This document shows positions 31,203 through 40,529 of a DNA stretch of 64,000 nt, one piece after another. Under the pieces are notes generated by a model that worked only from the letters and a program-made list of their open reading frames with translations, ran no database searches and had not been told where the DNA came from. Positions within the stretch are counted from its first letter, which is position 1. Every line of letters begins with the position of its first letter. Both the position numbers and the translations under genes were made by a program. This DNA is from Candidatus Hadarchaeota archaeon (GTDB lineage: Archaea > CAYQAE01 > CAYVLA01), in assembly GCA_964621445.1 (NCBI GenBank), contig CAZUNO010000006.1, positions 54,011 through 118,010 on the forward strand, given 5' to 3'.

Positions 31203-32657
31203 CTAGATTAATTCGAGATCATATTTTGAGATCTGGGATACTTCAGCTAGCTCTGTGGTGTAATCTCCATATACCATTGCCAGGTGGTGTCCGTAGTCGA
31301 CCTGCCTGTGTATGAATTTCTCCGCATCCGGGATCTCAATACTCACGCTCAAGGAGCAGCCGATGCTATCAAATCCACCGCCATCGATTATCTGGCCCTT
31401 GGTTGCAAGAACTCTGGTTCCCTTGGGGTTGAATCTTGCCAAGGTGACCTCGCGTACTTTGTCCCTGGAGAAATCATACCTGATGGTAACTCCCCATTTT
31501 CCTTTGGTGAACGGTCTTATATTGAAGGGTAAATCGGGTTCCTTTAAACCCTTCATCTTCAAACCAGGAACATCGTGAGTGACTTGCAGGATGCTTCCCC
31601 CTTTATCCTTGAGAATTGGATTGCCCATAAACGCGGACTTTCTTGCGCAGTTCATCAGGACTATCATGGCCATTAACGCGTTTAGATCACCCTCACAGGA
31701 GGAGGGAATTCCTTGGTCCTTCAGTAAAGTGTGGGTTAGGCAGGGAGTGAATCTCTTTTTGGCAGGTAGCTTGCTGGTACATAGGGTGAAACATGGAATG
31801 GTGAAAGCATTACACTGGTGTTTCTGCAAAAGATGCTTTGCCGCTAGATAGGGAATGATTGATTTGATTATATCATCCTTCTCCATGAGAACTTCACCCG
31901 CATTTTCAATCAGGTCCCGAGCCATGCTTGCCGCCTTGTCTTGTTCCTCGTGCTCAACGCGGTTCATTTCCTGGAAGAAATCCTCGAAGGTAATAACCGA
32001 GAAATCAACTCCCAGGTTGCTTTTCAAGAGGTTGAGGTCGCCTATACTGCTGTAAACCCCTGCCGGGTGTTTTAGGGAGCTTCCGGAGACCATGCCCTCT
32101 TTGTAAACCACCAATACCCTTGTAATTGAGAGAGCCTTTCTCACCCTTAATGAGGAGACCAGCCTGTTGAGCTCCGGCCTGTCGAGTGGTGCGTAACCCT
32201 CCAGTTTCTGGTTTCTTAGGTAAGCGGCGATATCGACATTCGTGATTCCCCTTCCAACCATTGCTATCGGTTTTCCGTAGCGTTCGATTCCGGGCACCCT
32301 GTAGCTCAGCAGGAAGAGATCTATGTCTTCGAGTTCCTTTTCTATATCCTTGAATGCCTCCGGCGAAACGGTGAAGGCCTCGCCATACTCAATGTATTCG
32401 GTGTCCAGTACCCTGGCCTCCGGGCCCAGACTTCGGGCAAAACTAGTGAATTCTCCCAGGGACTTTTGGGCATTTATTCTCTCCGCTTCCGGTGATAGTT
32501 CCTCCGGCGTGCCAATTCTACACGGGCCCTCCTGGTCATCACTATGGATCATAGCTCCATATACGGGTTTAACTCCAACTTTCACGTTAATTGGAAATTT
32601 ATCTTCTCTTTCCATCAGTGATCCCATCCTTATAGGTTGAGCGGAGCTGCTATGCAT
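31203..32657 (-). CDS. L-fucose/L-arabinose isomerase-like protein
   Basis: NAFTIPCF, GIPSSCEGD, MGN, VTLARF, GHHLAMVYGDY. Confidence 0.78.
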   Translation of the reverse strand: MHSSSAQPIRMGSLMEREDKFPINVKVGVKPVYGAMIHSDDQEGPCRIGTPEELSPEAERINAQKSLGEFTSFARSLGPEARVLDTEYIEYGEAFTVSPEAFKDIEKELEDIDLFLLSYRVPGIERYGKPIAMVGRGITNVDIAAYLRNQKLEGYAPLDRPELNRLVSSLRVRKALSITRVLVVYKEGMVSGSSLKHPAGVYSSIGDLNLLKSNLGVDFSVITFEDFFQEMNRVEHEEQDKAASMARDLIENAGEVLMEKDDIIKSIIPYLAAKHLLQKHQCNAFTIPCFTLCTSKLPAKKRFTPCLTHTLLKDQGIPSSCEGDLNALMAMIVLMNCARKSAFMGNPILKDKGGSILQVTHDVPGLKMKGLKEPDLPFNIRPFTKGKWGVTIRYDFSRDKVREVTLARFNPKGTRVLATKGQIIDGGGFDSIGCSLSVSIEIPDAEKFIHRQVDYGHHLAMVYGDYTTELAEVSQISKYDLELI

Positions 32658-32758
32658 AAAAATGAACCTGGGTGATGGTTGGCTTATGGAAAAACGATCC
32701 GGAGCATCACGGAAGAATCATGAGAGATTAATAGCCAATATCGAGCTAGAATTAGAAT

Positions 32759-34000
32759 ATGAATAATTACTCATCACCATATCTAACTCAGGATTTCCCA
32801 GACATTGACCTCCAAGACTCCAAGCTAGGAGGAGAAGCTCAACCGGTCAGGGAGGTATATGCTGCGGCACATGTCATAGCTGGGGATGATTATCATTATG
32901 TAGAGGACCAGCCCATTACAAAATCCGATGTAAATTGGAAGGATTCTCTGGATTATAGAAAATACCTATGGGACCTCGGATTTGGTATTGCGGAGGCCAT
33001 GGATACGGCCCAGAGGGGAAGTGAAGTTGATTGGGATATTGCTTCGGAATTGTTGGATAGGACGCTGAAGGCCGCCAAAGGAGATAGAAACAGGAGGGTG
33101 ATTGGTGGGGTGGGGGCCGATCTTGTGGAAAACCCGGAGACATGCACCCTCAATGAGATAATTAACTCGTACGTGAAACAGGCTGAATTTATCCACCAAA
33201 GGGGAGGTGCGGCGATTATTTTCCCAAATGAGATCTTGCCGGATAGATACCCGAGGCCAGAACATTATGTCTCCCTAATTAACGGCATCGTGAATGAGGT
33301 GGAGGGGCCGATTTACCTTCACTGGCTGGGTAAGCAATTTAATCCCAGAATGGAACTTTATTGGGGTCATTCCGATTTATGGCAGGCTGCAAATGAAGTG
33401 GTATTACCTCTGATGGGGAGGCACTCCCAAAAGATAAAGGGAATCAAGCTCTCCACCCTTGATCAGGGATTCGAGGAATGGTTAAGAAAGAAGATAAGGA
33501 AGAATGGCCAGGTTATTCTGACCGGGGACGACCTTAATTTTTCCGCATTGATAGCTGGAAAATCGAGATATGAGGCCGTAGGAGAGTGGTCACCGGTTGA
33601 TGGTATTTCCTATCCGCTAGGCGATTACAGCCACGCTTTGCTGGGAATCTTTGACGGTATTGCCCCCCTGGCTGCAAGAGCTCTCCAATATTTGGCCACG
33701 GGAAATCGCGGCGAGTACCTGAAACTCATGATGGCTGGTCAAGCTCTTTCGAGACGCGTATTCTCCGTTGATAGGCCAGAGCTAACCAGGTTTTACAAGG
33801 TCGGTCTGGTCTTTCTATCCTATATCAATGGACACCAGGGGCATTTCAAGCTCCTTGGGGGCCTTGAAAAGAGGATGGAGTCTCAACACCCCGAGTACTT
33901 TCGTGAGTATCTGGAGGATATCTTCACTCTGGCAGGTAGGGTTGGTATAATTGATGACACTGAGACCGCCTACCGTCGCCTAAGAGCGGTACTTGACTAG
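32759..34000 (+). CDS. DUF993 family (DHDPS-like aldolase barrel) protein
   Basis: YAAAHV, GIAEAMDTAQRG, LHWLG..F, GIKLS.LD, TGDD.N, SHALLGIFD. Confidence 0.85.
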   Translation: MNNYSSPYLTQDFPDIDLQDSKLGGEAQPVREVYAAAHVIAGDDYHYVEDQPITKSDVNWKDSLDYRKYLWDLGFGIAEAMDTAQRGSEVDWDIASELLDRTLKAAKGDRNRRVIGGVGADLVENPETCTLNEIINSYVKQAEFIHQRGGAAIIFPNEILPDRYPRPEHYVSLINGIVNEVEGPIYLHWLGKQFNPRMELYWGHSDLWQAANEVVLPLMGRHSQKIKGIKLSTLDQGFEEWLRKKIRKNGQVILTGDDLNFSALIAGKSRYEAVGEWSPVDGISYPLGDYSHALLGIFDGIAPLAARALQYLATGNRGEYLKLMMAGQALSRRVFSVDRPELTRFYKVGLVFLSYINGHQGHFKLLGGLEKRMESQHPEYFREYLEDIFTLAGRVGIIDDTETAYRRLRAVLD

Positions 34001-34039
34001 AAAACTTTGGATAATTCACTAATGGAGCTAGAGCAGGTT

Positions 34040-35331
34040 CTATATCTTTCTGAGGTTGGTGGTGGAAATTTCCCGATAGAGTTTTCTTATCACCATAAGC
34101 TACCATAGCACGACACCGGAGACGAGGGCCCACCGAGGTAGTTATCAACCATTCGAGATGAATATCCAGATTAGGGCTCTGTCCTTTGCTTCTGTGGCTT
34201 CTTCCATGGCCTCGGTAACAATTTCCAGTGCCTGATCCATCCTACCCCTGGCAATTTCGTAGTCCAGTTGCAGGTAATCGGTTTTGGCTTCCGCATAGAG
34301 CTCTTTGGCTTCGATGACGGTTTGTTCCGGCTTGACGATATTCGCACCCATGCTTGATGCGAAGTCAAGGATGCTATGGAAGGTGGAAGTTGAGGCCATA
34401 TACTCCGCGAATTTTGGTTTCACCGTGTTTTTCTTTATGGCCTCTTCAAACCCTATGGTTTCTCGATCCTGGGTGTATAGAAATACGTTGAGGAACATTA
34501 ACTCCCACCATTCACCAGCCTCCTTCCAGTGCCTTCGATCGGTTCTGGGGTGCAAGGCAAATGACCACGTATTGGTGGTTTCAAAATTCCAGGAGATAAA
34601 GGCCGGTATGGTGGGCTCGGCCGGTGGGCCTTTTATACCCGAATCCAGGTGCGGGCTCCTTCCTTGGCGTATACGGGTCTTAAGTCAAAGTAGATGGTTT
34701 CGGTGAAGGCTTTGGTATTTTTGAAGGGGCTGAAAACCGGCGGCATGCCCGGTACCAGTTCCAGCTTTGCCAGAAAGGGCCAACGCCCCAGCCCTTTTCC
34801 CACCGATTTAATGAACCGATCATAGTCCATGGGAAGGGAATCCGAAATGGGACTGGTTGACCATGGTCTCTGGACGTCTCGGTAGTGGCTTCCGACATAA
34901 GCAACGGGAACCCTATCCTCTTCACCCATGAAATCCACCATCATTTCCTGCTGATTAAGTGTAAAGAAATCCAGGCGGGGGCAGTTGAATAGGAGCACGT
35001 CAAAACCGAGCAACTTGTCGTATGTCCTGGGAAAGTATGTCCTGCTCCATCTCAAAAGGAACTCGTCGGAGATATCCTGACCATACGCACGGCAGGGAAC
35101 CAGGTTTACATCCACGGCTGGCTCATCGTTCCCCAGCTGGTTTGGCCAACCCTGAATATCACCCAGTATCAGGGTGTTAAATACTTCTTCCTGGCCAAGG
35201 CTAAGGGGAAAAAGCGATAATAGCAAAGTTAAAAGGAGTATTGTTCGTAGTGCAACTTGCAAGATGCAAAAAAGGGAATTTGAGGGCATAAGACTATAAT
35301 TGGGCCATATTCGGCTTAGGCCAAAGGACAT
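34040..35331 (-). pseudogene. Decayed copy 5 of the surface-protein paralog family
   Basis: RTYFPRTY, PAFISW, DFASSMGA and WIFI/EWL...LW*LMVIRKLYRE recovered across frameshifts near 34639, 34155 and 34130 and an in-frame TAG at 34100-34102. Confidence 0.8.
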
Positions 35332-35486
35332 ATTGATGATCTCTCCCCTTTAGGGGTTGTCGTTGTAATGAAGATCACGCCAAAGTAACAAGGAAATATT
35401 GGGGATAGGTTGGAACTGGCAAGGTAAGTAATCGGATAATCATGAGGTTGAGGCCTGGGGGCATGCTGTCGACTGGAGGAATGGAT

Positions 35487-38174
35487 ATGAACTCATCTGA
35501 AGATATGGTAATTGATAACCTGCGTTGTGAGTACGCCACTAACCCGATTGGAGTCGATATTACGATTCCAGAGTTGAGCTGGACGGTGAGGTCCTCAAGA
35601 AGGGGACAGAGACAGAGGGCTTACCGGGTATTGGTGGCCTCAAGTCGTGAAGAATTAGAGAAGAACAAGGGGGATTTATGGGATTCGGAAAAGGTTGAAT
35701 CCAACCGGTCTACCCATGTTCCTTACAGGGGAGACCCACTAGAGTCCAACCAGGACTACTTCTGGAAGGTGCAGGTCTGGGGGGAACTGGGGAAGGCCTC
35801 AAATTACAGCCCAATTGGAAAGTTTGGCACCGCTCTTTTGACGTCGGGAGATTGGAGGGCAAAATGGGTGGGCATGGGACCATGTGAGGAGCCCCATGGC
35901 AACGATGATTATTATGACGGCTCACCAGAGGAAATCGACGAAGACGCCATTACGGATATCGATAAGGGTTCGGTCCTACTTCGAAAGGAAATATCCTTGG
36001 AAAAACCAGCAAGAAGAATCAAGGTCTTTGTGTGCGGGCTAGGGTTCTATGAGCTAAGCATAAATGGCAAGAGGATAGGAGACAAGGTTCTCAACCCGGC
36101 AAAGACCAATTACCGAGAGCAGGTTCTCTATGACACATACGACGTCACTGATCACATGGAAAAGGGCAAAAACGCGATCGGAGTCCACTTGGGTAATGGT
36201 TGGTTTAATCCACTGAAAAAATACTGGTCATGGCGGATGCAGTGGTTTGGTTCCAAGCGCATGATATTGCAGATGCACATCGATTACCAGGATGGCTCAA
36301 GCCAGGTAGTTATCTCGGATGAAAGCTGGAAATGCACCCACGGACCAATTATTACCAGCTGCATTTATGACGGAGAGAGGTACGATGCCAGGCGGGAGCT
36401 TCCTGGGTGGGATGGACCTGATTATGATGATTCGGACTGGCAAAAGGTGGATATCGCAAATGCACCGGGGGGAAGAATGGTATCCCAGATTATGGAGGCC
36501 ATTAAGGTCATCGAGGTAATCAAACCGGTTGGCGTTAGTAATCCTGAGCCGGGCGTCTATGTGTATGATATGGGTCAGAACTTCGCCGGCTGGGCCAGGC
36601 TTAGGGTCGGGGGTCCCCAGGGGACGGAGATTAAGCTGCGGTACGGCGAGAATATAGACGAGGATGGCGCCCTAGACGTCAAGAGCATGAACCTGGCAAA
36701 GGCCACGGGGACCTATATCCTTAAAGGTGAAGCTGAGGAGATCTATGAGCCCTCTTTTGTCTATTATGGCTTCAGATACGTGGAAATGACCGGATTTCCC
36801 GGCGAGCCGGGGATCGAAGACCTGGATGGATGTGTTGTTCACTCCGCATGTGAACGTACCGGAAGCTTTGAATGTAGCAATGCCCTGATCAATTCGATAC
36901 ACCAGTGTGTTATGTGGTCCCAGCGGAGTAATCTGATGGGTTACCCCACGGATTGTCCCCAGCGTGACGAGCGTCTTGGATGGCTGGGCGATGCGCATCT
37001 CACGGCCGAGGAAGCCATGCTTAACTTACACATGCCGCTTTTCTACAGGAACTGGCTGAGCGGGATTAAGTCGAACCGGGACAAATCGAGCGGAGACATT
37101 CCGCGAATCTCCCCGCGACCTCTCATAAATAGTGGCCAGCCCGACTGGAGCAGTGGATATCCATTGATAGCATGGTACTATTATCTTCACTACGGGGATA
37201 TTCGGATACTCGTTGACCACTTTGAGGCCATGGAGTCCTACGTGAAATATCTCGGGACAACTGCTAAGGACCATATCTTGCCCAAAAGCAGGTACGGGGA
37301 TTGGCTTTCCGTTGCCGAGGGTTGGGAAAGAGGCGATCCGTTGTCAACGACCACGGGGTTCTACTACTACGATGCGGTGCTTGTCTCCAAAATAGCCGGG
37401 GTTCTGGGGAAGGAAGAGGATTCTCAAAGGTATGCGGAATTGGCGGAGCAAATTAGAAATGCGTATAACCAACGGTTCTTCAACCCGGAGAATTCACAGT
37501 ATGGAGATGGAACCCAGTTTTCAAACGCCTTCCCATTATTCCTGGGGATAGTTCCGGAAGAGCATCGAGAATCGGTTCTCCAGGATCTCATTCAAAATAT
37601 CGTTGATGAAAAGGATGGTCATCTTACTACCGGGGTCATAGGCACCAAGTATATGATGGAGGTTCTTACAGATGAAGACCGGAGCGATATTGCATATCTT
37701 CTGGCCACCCAGACCAGCTATCCAAGCTGGATCGATATGATAAAGGCCCGTACAACGCTCTCCGAGCACTGGAATGGGAAAGGTTCCAATAACCACGTGA
37801 TGTTCGGCAGCATTGACACCTGGTTCTACAGGGTACTTGCTGGCATCAATATAGACGAGGATAGTCCAGGTTATGGGAAGGTGATAATCCATCCCTTCCT
37901 CCATTCTGGTCTGACATGGGTTAGGGCCAGGATAGAGACGGTACGGGGAAGAATAGCCGTTGAATGGGAGCGAGGAAAACAATTCTATAAATTGAGAATA
38001 TCCATCCCAGTAAACGCTACGGCTACCGTCTATGTATTGGCAGGGGATGTGAGAAAGGTTGAGGAAGGCGGAAATCCCGCGACCTCCTCTCCCGGGGTTG
38101 AATTCCTTCGTGAGGAGGGAAAGCACTTCGTTTTTAAGGTTGGTTCCGGTAGTTATGAATTCGTCTCCCGGTGA
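35487..38174 (+). CDS. GH78 alpha-L-rhamnosidase
   Basis: LRCEY..NP.G, GLGFYEL.ING, YDMGQN, FRYVE, PTDCPQRDERLGWLGD, SNNHVMFG; GGAGGA RBS favours ATG 35487. Confidence 0.92.
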   Translation: MNSSEDMVIDNLRCEYATNPIGVDITIPELSWTVRSSRRGQRQRAYRVLVASSREELEKNKGDLWDSEKVESNRSTHVPYRGDPLESNQDYFWKVQVWGELGKASNYSPIGKFGTALLTSGDWRAKWVGMGPCEEPHGNDDYYDGSPEEIDEDAITDIDKGSVLLRKEISLEKPARRIKVFVCGLGFYELSINGKRIGDKVLNPAKTNYREQVLYDTYDVTDHMEKGKNAIGVHLGNGWFNPLKKYWSWRMQWFGSKRMILQMHIDYQDGSSQVVISDESWKCTHGPIITSCIYDGERYDARRELPGWDGPDYDDSDWQKVDIANAPGGRMVSQIMEAIKVIEVIKPVGVSNPEPGVYVYDMGQNFAGWARLRVGGPQGTEIKLRYGENIDEDGALDVKSMNLAKATGTYILKGEAEEIYEPSFVYYGFRYVEMTGFPGEPGIEDLDGCVVHSACERTGSFECSNALINSIHQCVMWSQRSNLMGYPTDCPQRDERLGWLGDAHLTAEEAMLNLHMPLFYRNWLSGIKSNRDKSSGDIPRISPRPLINSGQPDWSSGYPLIAWYYYLHYGDIRILVDHFEAMESYVKYLGTTAKDHILPKSRYGDWLSVAEGWERGDPLSTTTGFYYYDAVLVSKIAGVLGKEEDSQRYAELAEQIRNAYNQRFFNPENSQYGDGTQFSNAFPLFLGIVPEEHRESVLQDLIQNIVDEKDGHLTTGVIGTKYMMEVLTDEDRSDIAYLLATQTSYPSWIDMIKARTTLSEHWNGKGSNNHVMFGSIDTWFYRVLAGINIDEDSPGYGKVIIHPFLHSGLTWVRARIETVRGRIAVEWERGKQFYKLRISIPVNATATVYVLAGDVRKVEEGGNPATSSPGVEFLREEGKHFVFKVGSGSYEFVSR

Positions 38175-38183
38175 ATGGTCTAA

Positions 38184-38375
38184 TCACGGGCATGAGCAAT
38201 CTTCATCCCATAGATAGCTGTCTGGATCCCACCAAGTTGGATAACTGTAGAGTGGGATGAGAAGTTCCAATTTAATTCCGGAATCCAGGGTATAGGCCAG
38301 AACAGGGGCGGCTTGAATACTAACAACTATCATACCCAGAAACATCAAAGCAAAAGTAAGATTTTTGCGATTCAC
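38184..38375 (-). pseudogene. 5' fragment of a secreted spherulin-4 (GH135)-like protein
   Basis: GGAGGAG RBS, GTG start, signal peptide, LLIPLYSYP..W motif, then stop after about 63 aa. Confidence 0.55.
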
Positions 38376-38713
38376 CGTGTTCTCCTCCCTTCGCATAGGT
38401 ACCATCTAGGCTGTCGAAGTCCCGGTCTTCCTTGGTCTGTTGACCGAAATCCTGGGATGCGTCAGAACGATTTCCTCGAGCCTTTACTGGTAGGTGATCC
38501 AGGACGCTGTGGGCAATCCGAAGGAGCATGGTGTCCAATCGGGTCCAGGGAACTCTGGGCCTTCAGGAAATCCTCCAGGTATTCCCGGGTTTGGATGACC
38601 GGAATTCAAGACACCGATATACACTTTCTGTCACGCTCAAAATCTAAAAAAGATTTCACTGTTGAGAATCATTTACCGGCGAAGCTTGGACGCCTGCGGA
38701 GAGGGTCTCCCCC

Positions 38714-39003
38714 GTGCATGTCCTTCGGGCTGTGGGGACTACTTTGGGGTCAGGTATCTTGGGAGCGAGGCCGGGGGTCTCGATTAGGTCGTGGGTGATT
38801 CTGGCCGGCGCGTTCCTGATCGTAGGGATCCTTTCCTTTGTCCTGCCCCGTACTTGCCGGGACTGGCAGATGAGCTGGGTACCGCGGTTCTGGCTCTGGC
38901 GGTTGCCAATATGCTTCTGATAATGCTCGAAAATATATCGCGGAGGAGTAATGAAACTGGGCCCAGGATGCCGTCTCCCATTCTATGGGCGCCGGACCTT
39001 TGA
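38714..39003 (+). pseudogene. Possible frameshifted small membrane protein
   Basis: Two hydrophobic segments (WVILAGAFLIVGILSFVLP; AVLALAVANMLLIML) join if one C is removed from the C4 run 38846-38849. Confidence 0.3.
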
Positions 39004-39045
39004 CGAGGCCCCCTGTTTTGTATCTAGAGGCGTTGTCAGATCATG

Positions 39046-39143
39046 TGGGCCCGCAGGGATTTGAACCCCGGATTTCCGCCCCGTTTACCCGCTCTTTCCG
39101 CGAGAGCTAAAGGCAGCGTCATAGCCAACTAGACCACGGGCCC
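39046..39143 (-). tRNA. tRNA-Val(TAC) with a 24-nt intron, most likely at 34/35 (39108-39085)
   Basis: GGGCCCG/CGGGCCC-A acceptor, GTCTAGTTGGCTATGAC D arm, GGTTCAAAT T loop, short variable loop, Val-type body; CCA not encoded. Confidence 0.85.
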
Positions 39144-39242
39144 TTTTTTTGGCAACTTCAAGGGGCCTGTAAGAAAAATATTTTGTTCAGGGCCTTAATG
39201 CTTACCCTATGTTTTTATTCTAGAAAGTTCTGGTGAATATAG

Positions 39243-39743
39243 ATGTGGTCCAAGATAGAGGAGTATTTCCGGGCCTATCCTGCCCGTTGGAAAGTGGTTT
39301 CGCATTTGGTAAGACAAGGTCTCTCAGTCAGCGAGGGCTCAATAAGGAGCGGGGATATCGAGATACCTGCAGTGAGCGTTGCCAGAGCCTGTGGGGTTGA
39401 TCGGCGGGTGGTTTCAGCTACCGTGGAGTGTATCGAGGAGGATGACTTTATCAGGAGCGTTTTCAGGGACCTCGAACCGACGCTGTTTCTTGCCAAAGTT
39501 GGGCCAAAGATAGGTTACGGGGTTCTGGAGGTTCTTGTAGAGGACCCCCAGGCTCCCGGGATAGTGGAGACGGTGACCTCCGAGGTTTCCAAAGCGGGAA
39601 TATCAATCCGTCAGGTAGTGGCCGACGACCCGAGGTTTTCCGACCCCCCCATGCTGACCATCATCACCGATGGACCCCTTCCCGGGGAGCTTCTGGAGAA
39701 GATCCGCTCAAAGGAAGGGGTAAACGAATTGATAATCCGGTGA
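39243..39743 (+). CDS. ACT-domain predicted regulator of amino acid metabolism (COG2150-like)
   Basis: MW..I..YF..YP, IEIP...VARA.GVDRRVV, GISIRQ...DP. Confidence 0.85.
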   Translation: MWSKIEEYFRAYPARWKVVSHLVRQGLSVSEGSIRSGDIEIPAVSVARACGVDRRVVSATVECIEEDDFIRSVFRDLEPTLFLAKVGPKIGYGVLEVLVEDPQAPGIVETVTSEVSKAGISIRQVVADDPRFSDPPMLTIITDGPLPGELLEKIRSKEGVNELIIR

Positions 39744-39808
39744 GGCAACCACCAGGTCTAAAGACGCTAGTGCATAAGATTTTTCCATACCACCATATCT
39801 GTCCTGGT

Positions 39809-40519
39809 ATGAACTTCCTCTCAAGCCTGATTTCCGGTAAGAAGGACGAAAAGGCCCATTCCGTCATGAATAGATATGGCAGAGGGACGTTTGATGGACC
39901 GGCAGCGGAAGGCAGTGTAACCACCAGAAGCCTCAAGATATCCGGGAGCTATCTTTACGTGCCAATTCTGGCCGAAGTTCTGGCCAATAAAGCCGAAGCC
40001 GACCTGAAAATTAGCGGGAATATCATCTCTCAGGATGATATCCAGGAAGAAATCGAGGACCACGGCGTTGAGGTTTCGGACGTTCGCAAATGGCGTGGTT
40101 ATCGGTATAAGATATCCGGGGAGCTCTCCCCGGAGGATTTCATGGATCTCCACAGGGACCTCTGGGATGTGGCCGTTTTGACCAAGGCCAAGACAAAGGG
40201 ATTTTCCCTATCTTCCAAATCATCAGTGCCGAAGCCAAAGAAGTTCAGTGATCCCTCCTTTTGCAAGCTCCGAATGCCCCTATCAGACGACAATAAAATC
40301 GAGGCATTCAAAGCCGTTGCCCCTGGAGCTGAACCACAGACCTTTGAGGAGCTGTCGGTCAGCCACATATTCGAAATCAACGACCTGGTAATTCCGGAGG
40401 AACTGGAGGGCCAGCCGGCCTCGGTTATGAGGGTGAAGGCCAAGAGGAAAGGGGTAATAACCAGGGAAATTGCGGTAGACGGTAAAAAGACCGAGGAATC
40501 GTTCGATTTCGTGGCTTGA
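39809..40519 (+). CDS. Archaeal hypothetical protein
   Basis: Fills the gap between the ACT gene and argG on the same strand; RYGRGTFDGPA and AKRKG segments. Confidence 0.7.
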   Translation: MNFLSSLISGKKDEKAHSVMNRYGRGTFDGPAAEGSVTTRSLKISGSYLYVPILAEVLANKAEADLKISGNIISQDDIQEEIEDHGVEVSDVRKWRGYRYKISGELSPEDFMDLHRDLWDVAVLTKAKTKGFSLSSKSSVPKPKKFSDPSFCKLRMPLSDDNKIEAFKAVAPGAEPQTFEELSVSHIFEINDLVIPEELEGQPASVMRVKAKRKGVITREIAVDGKKTEESFDFVA

Positions 40520-40529
40520 GGTTGTTGTT

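Noticed and set aside
34100-34102. In-frame TAG as pyrrolysine or readthrough
   Set aside because: It sits among three frameshifts in the same gene; TAG terminates core genes here (rpo2, rpo1N, EF-2); no pyl genes in the window
27746-38849. A general programmed-frameshift system behind the several 1-nt indels
   Set aside because: The sites share no slippery motif or stimulatory structure; most are in short homopolymers, so decay or sequencing error is simpler
38958-39010. Short TGGGCCC/TGGGCGCC matches to the tRNA-Val 3' end as an att site
   Set aside because: Too short and degenerate, and no integrase nearby
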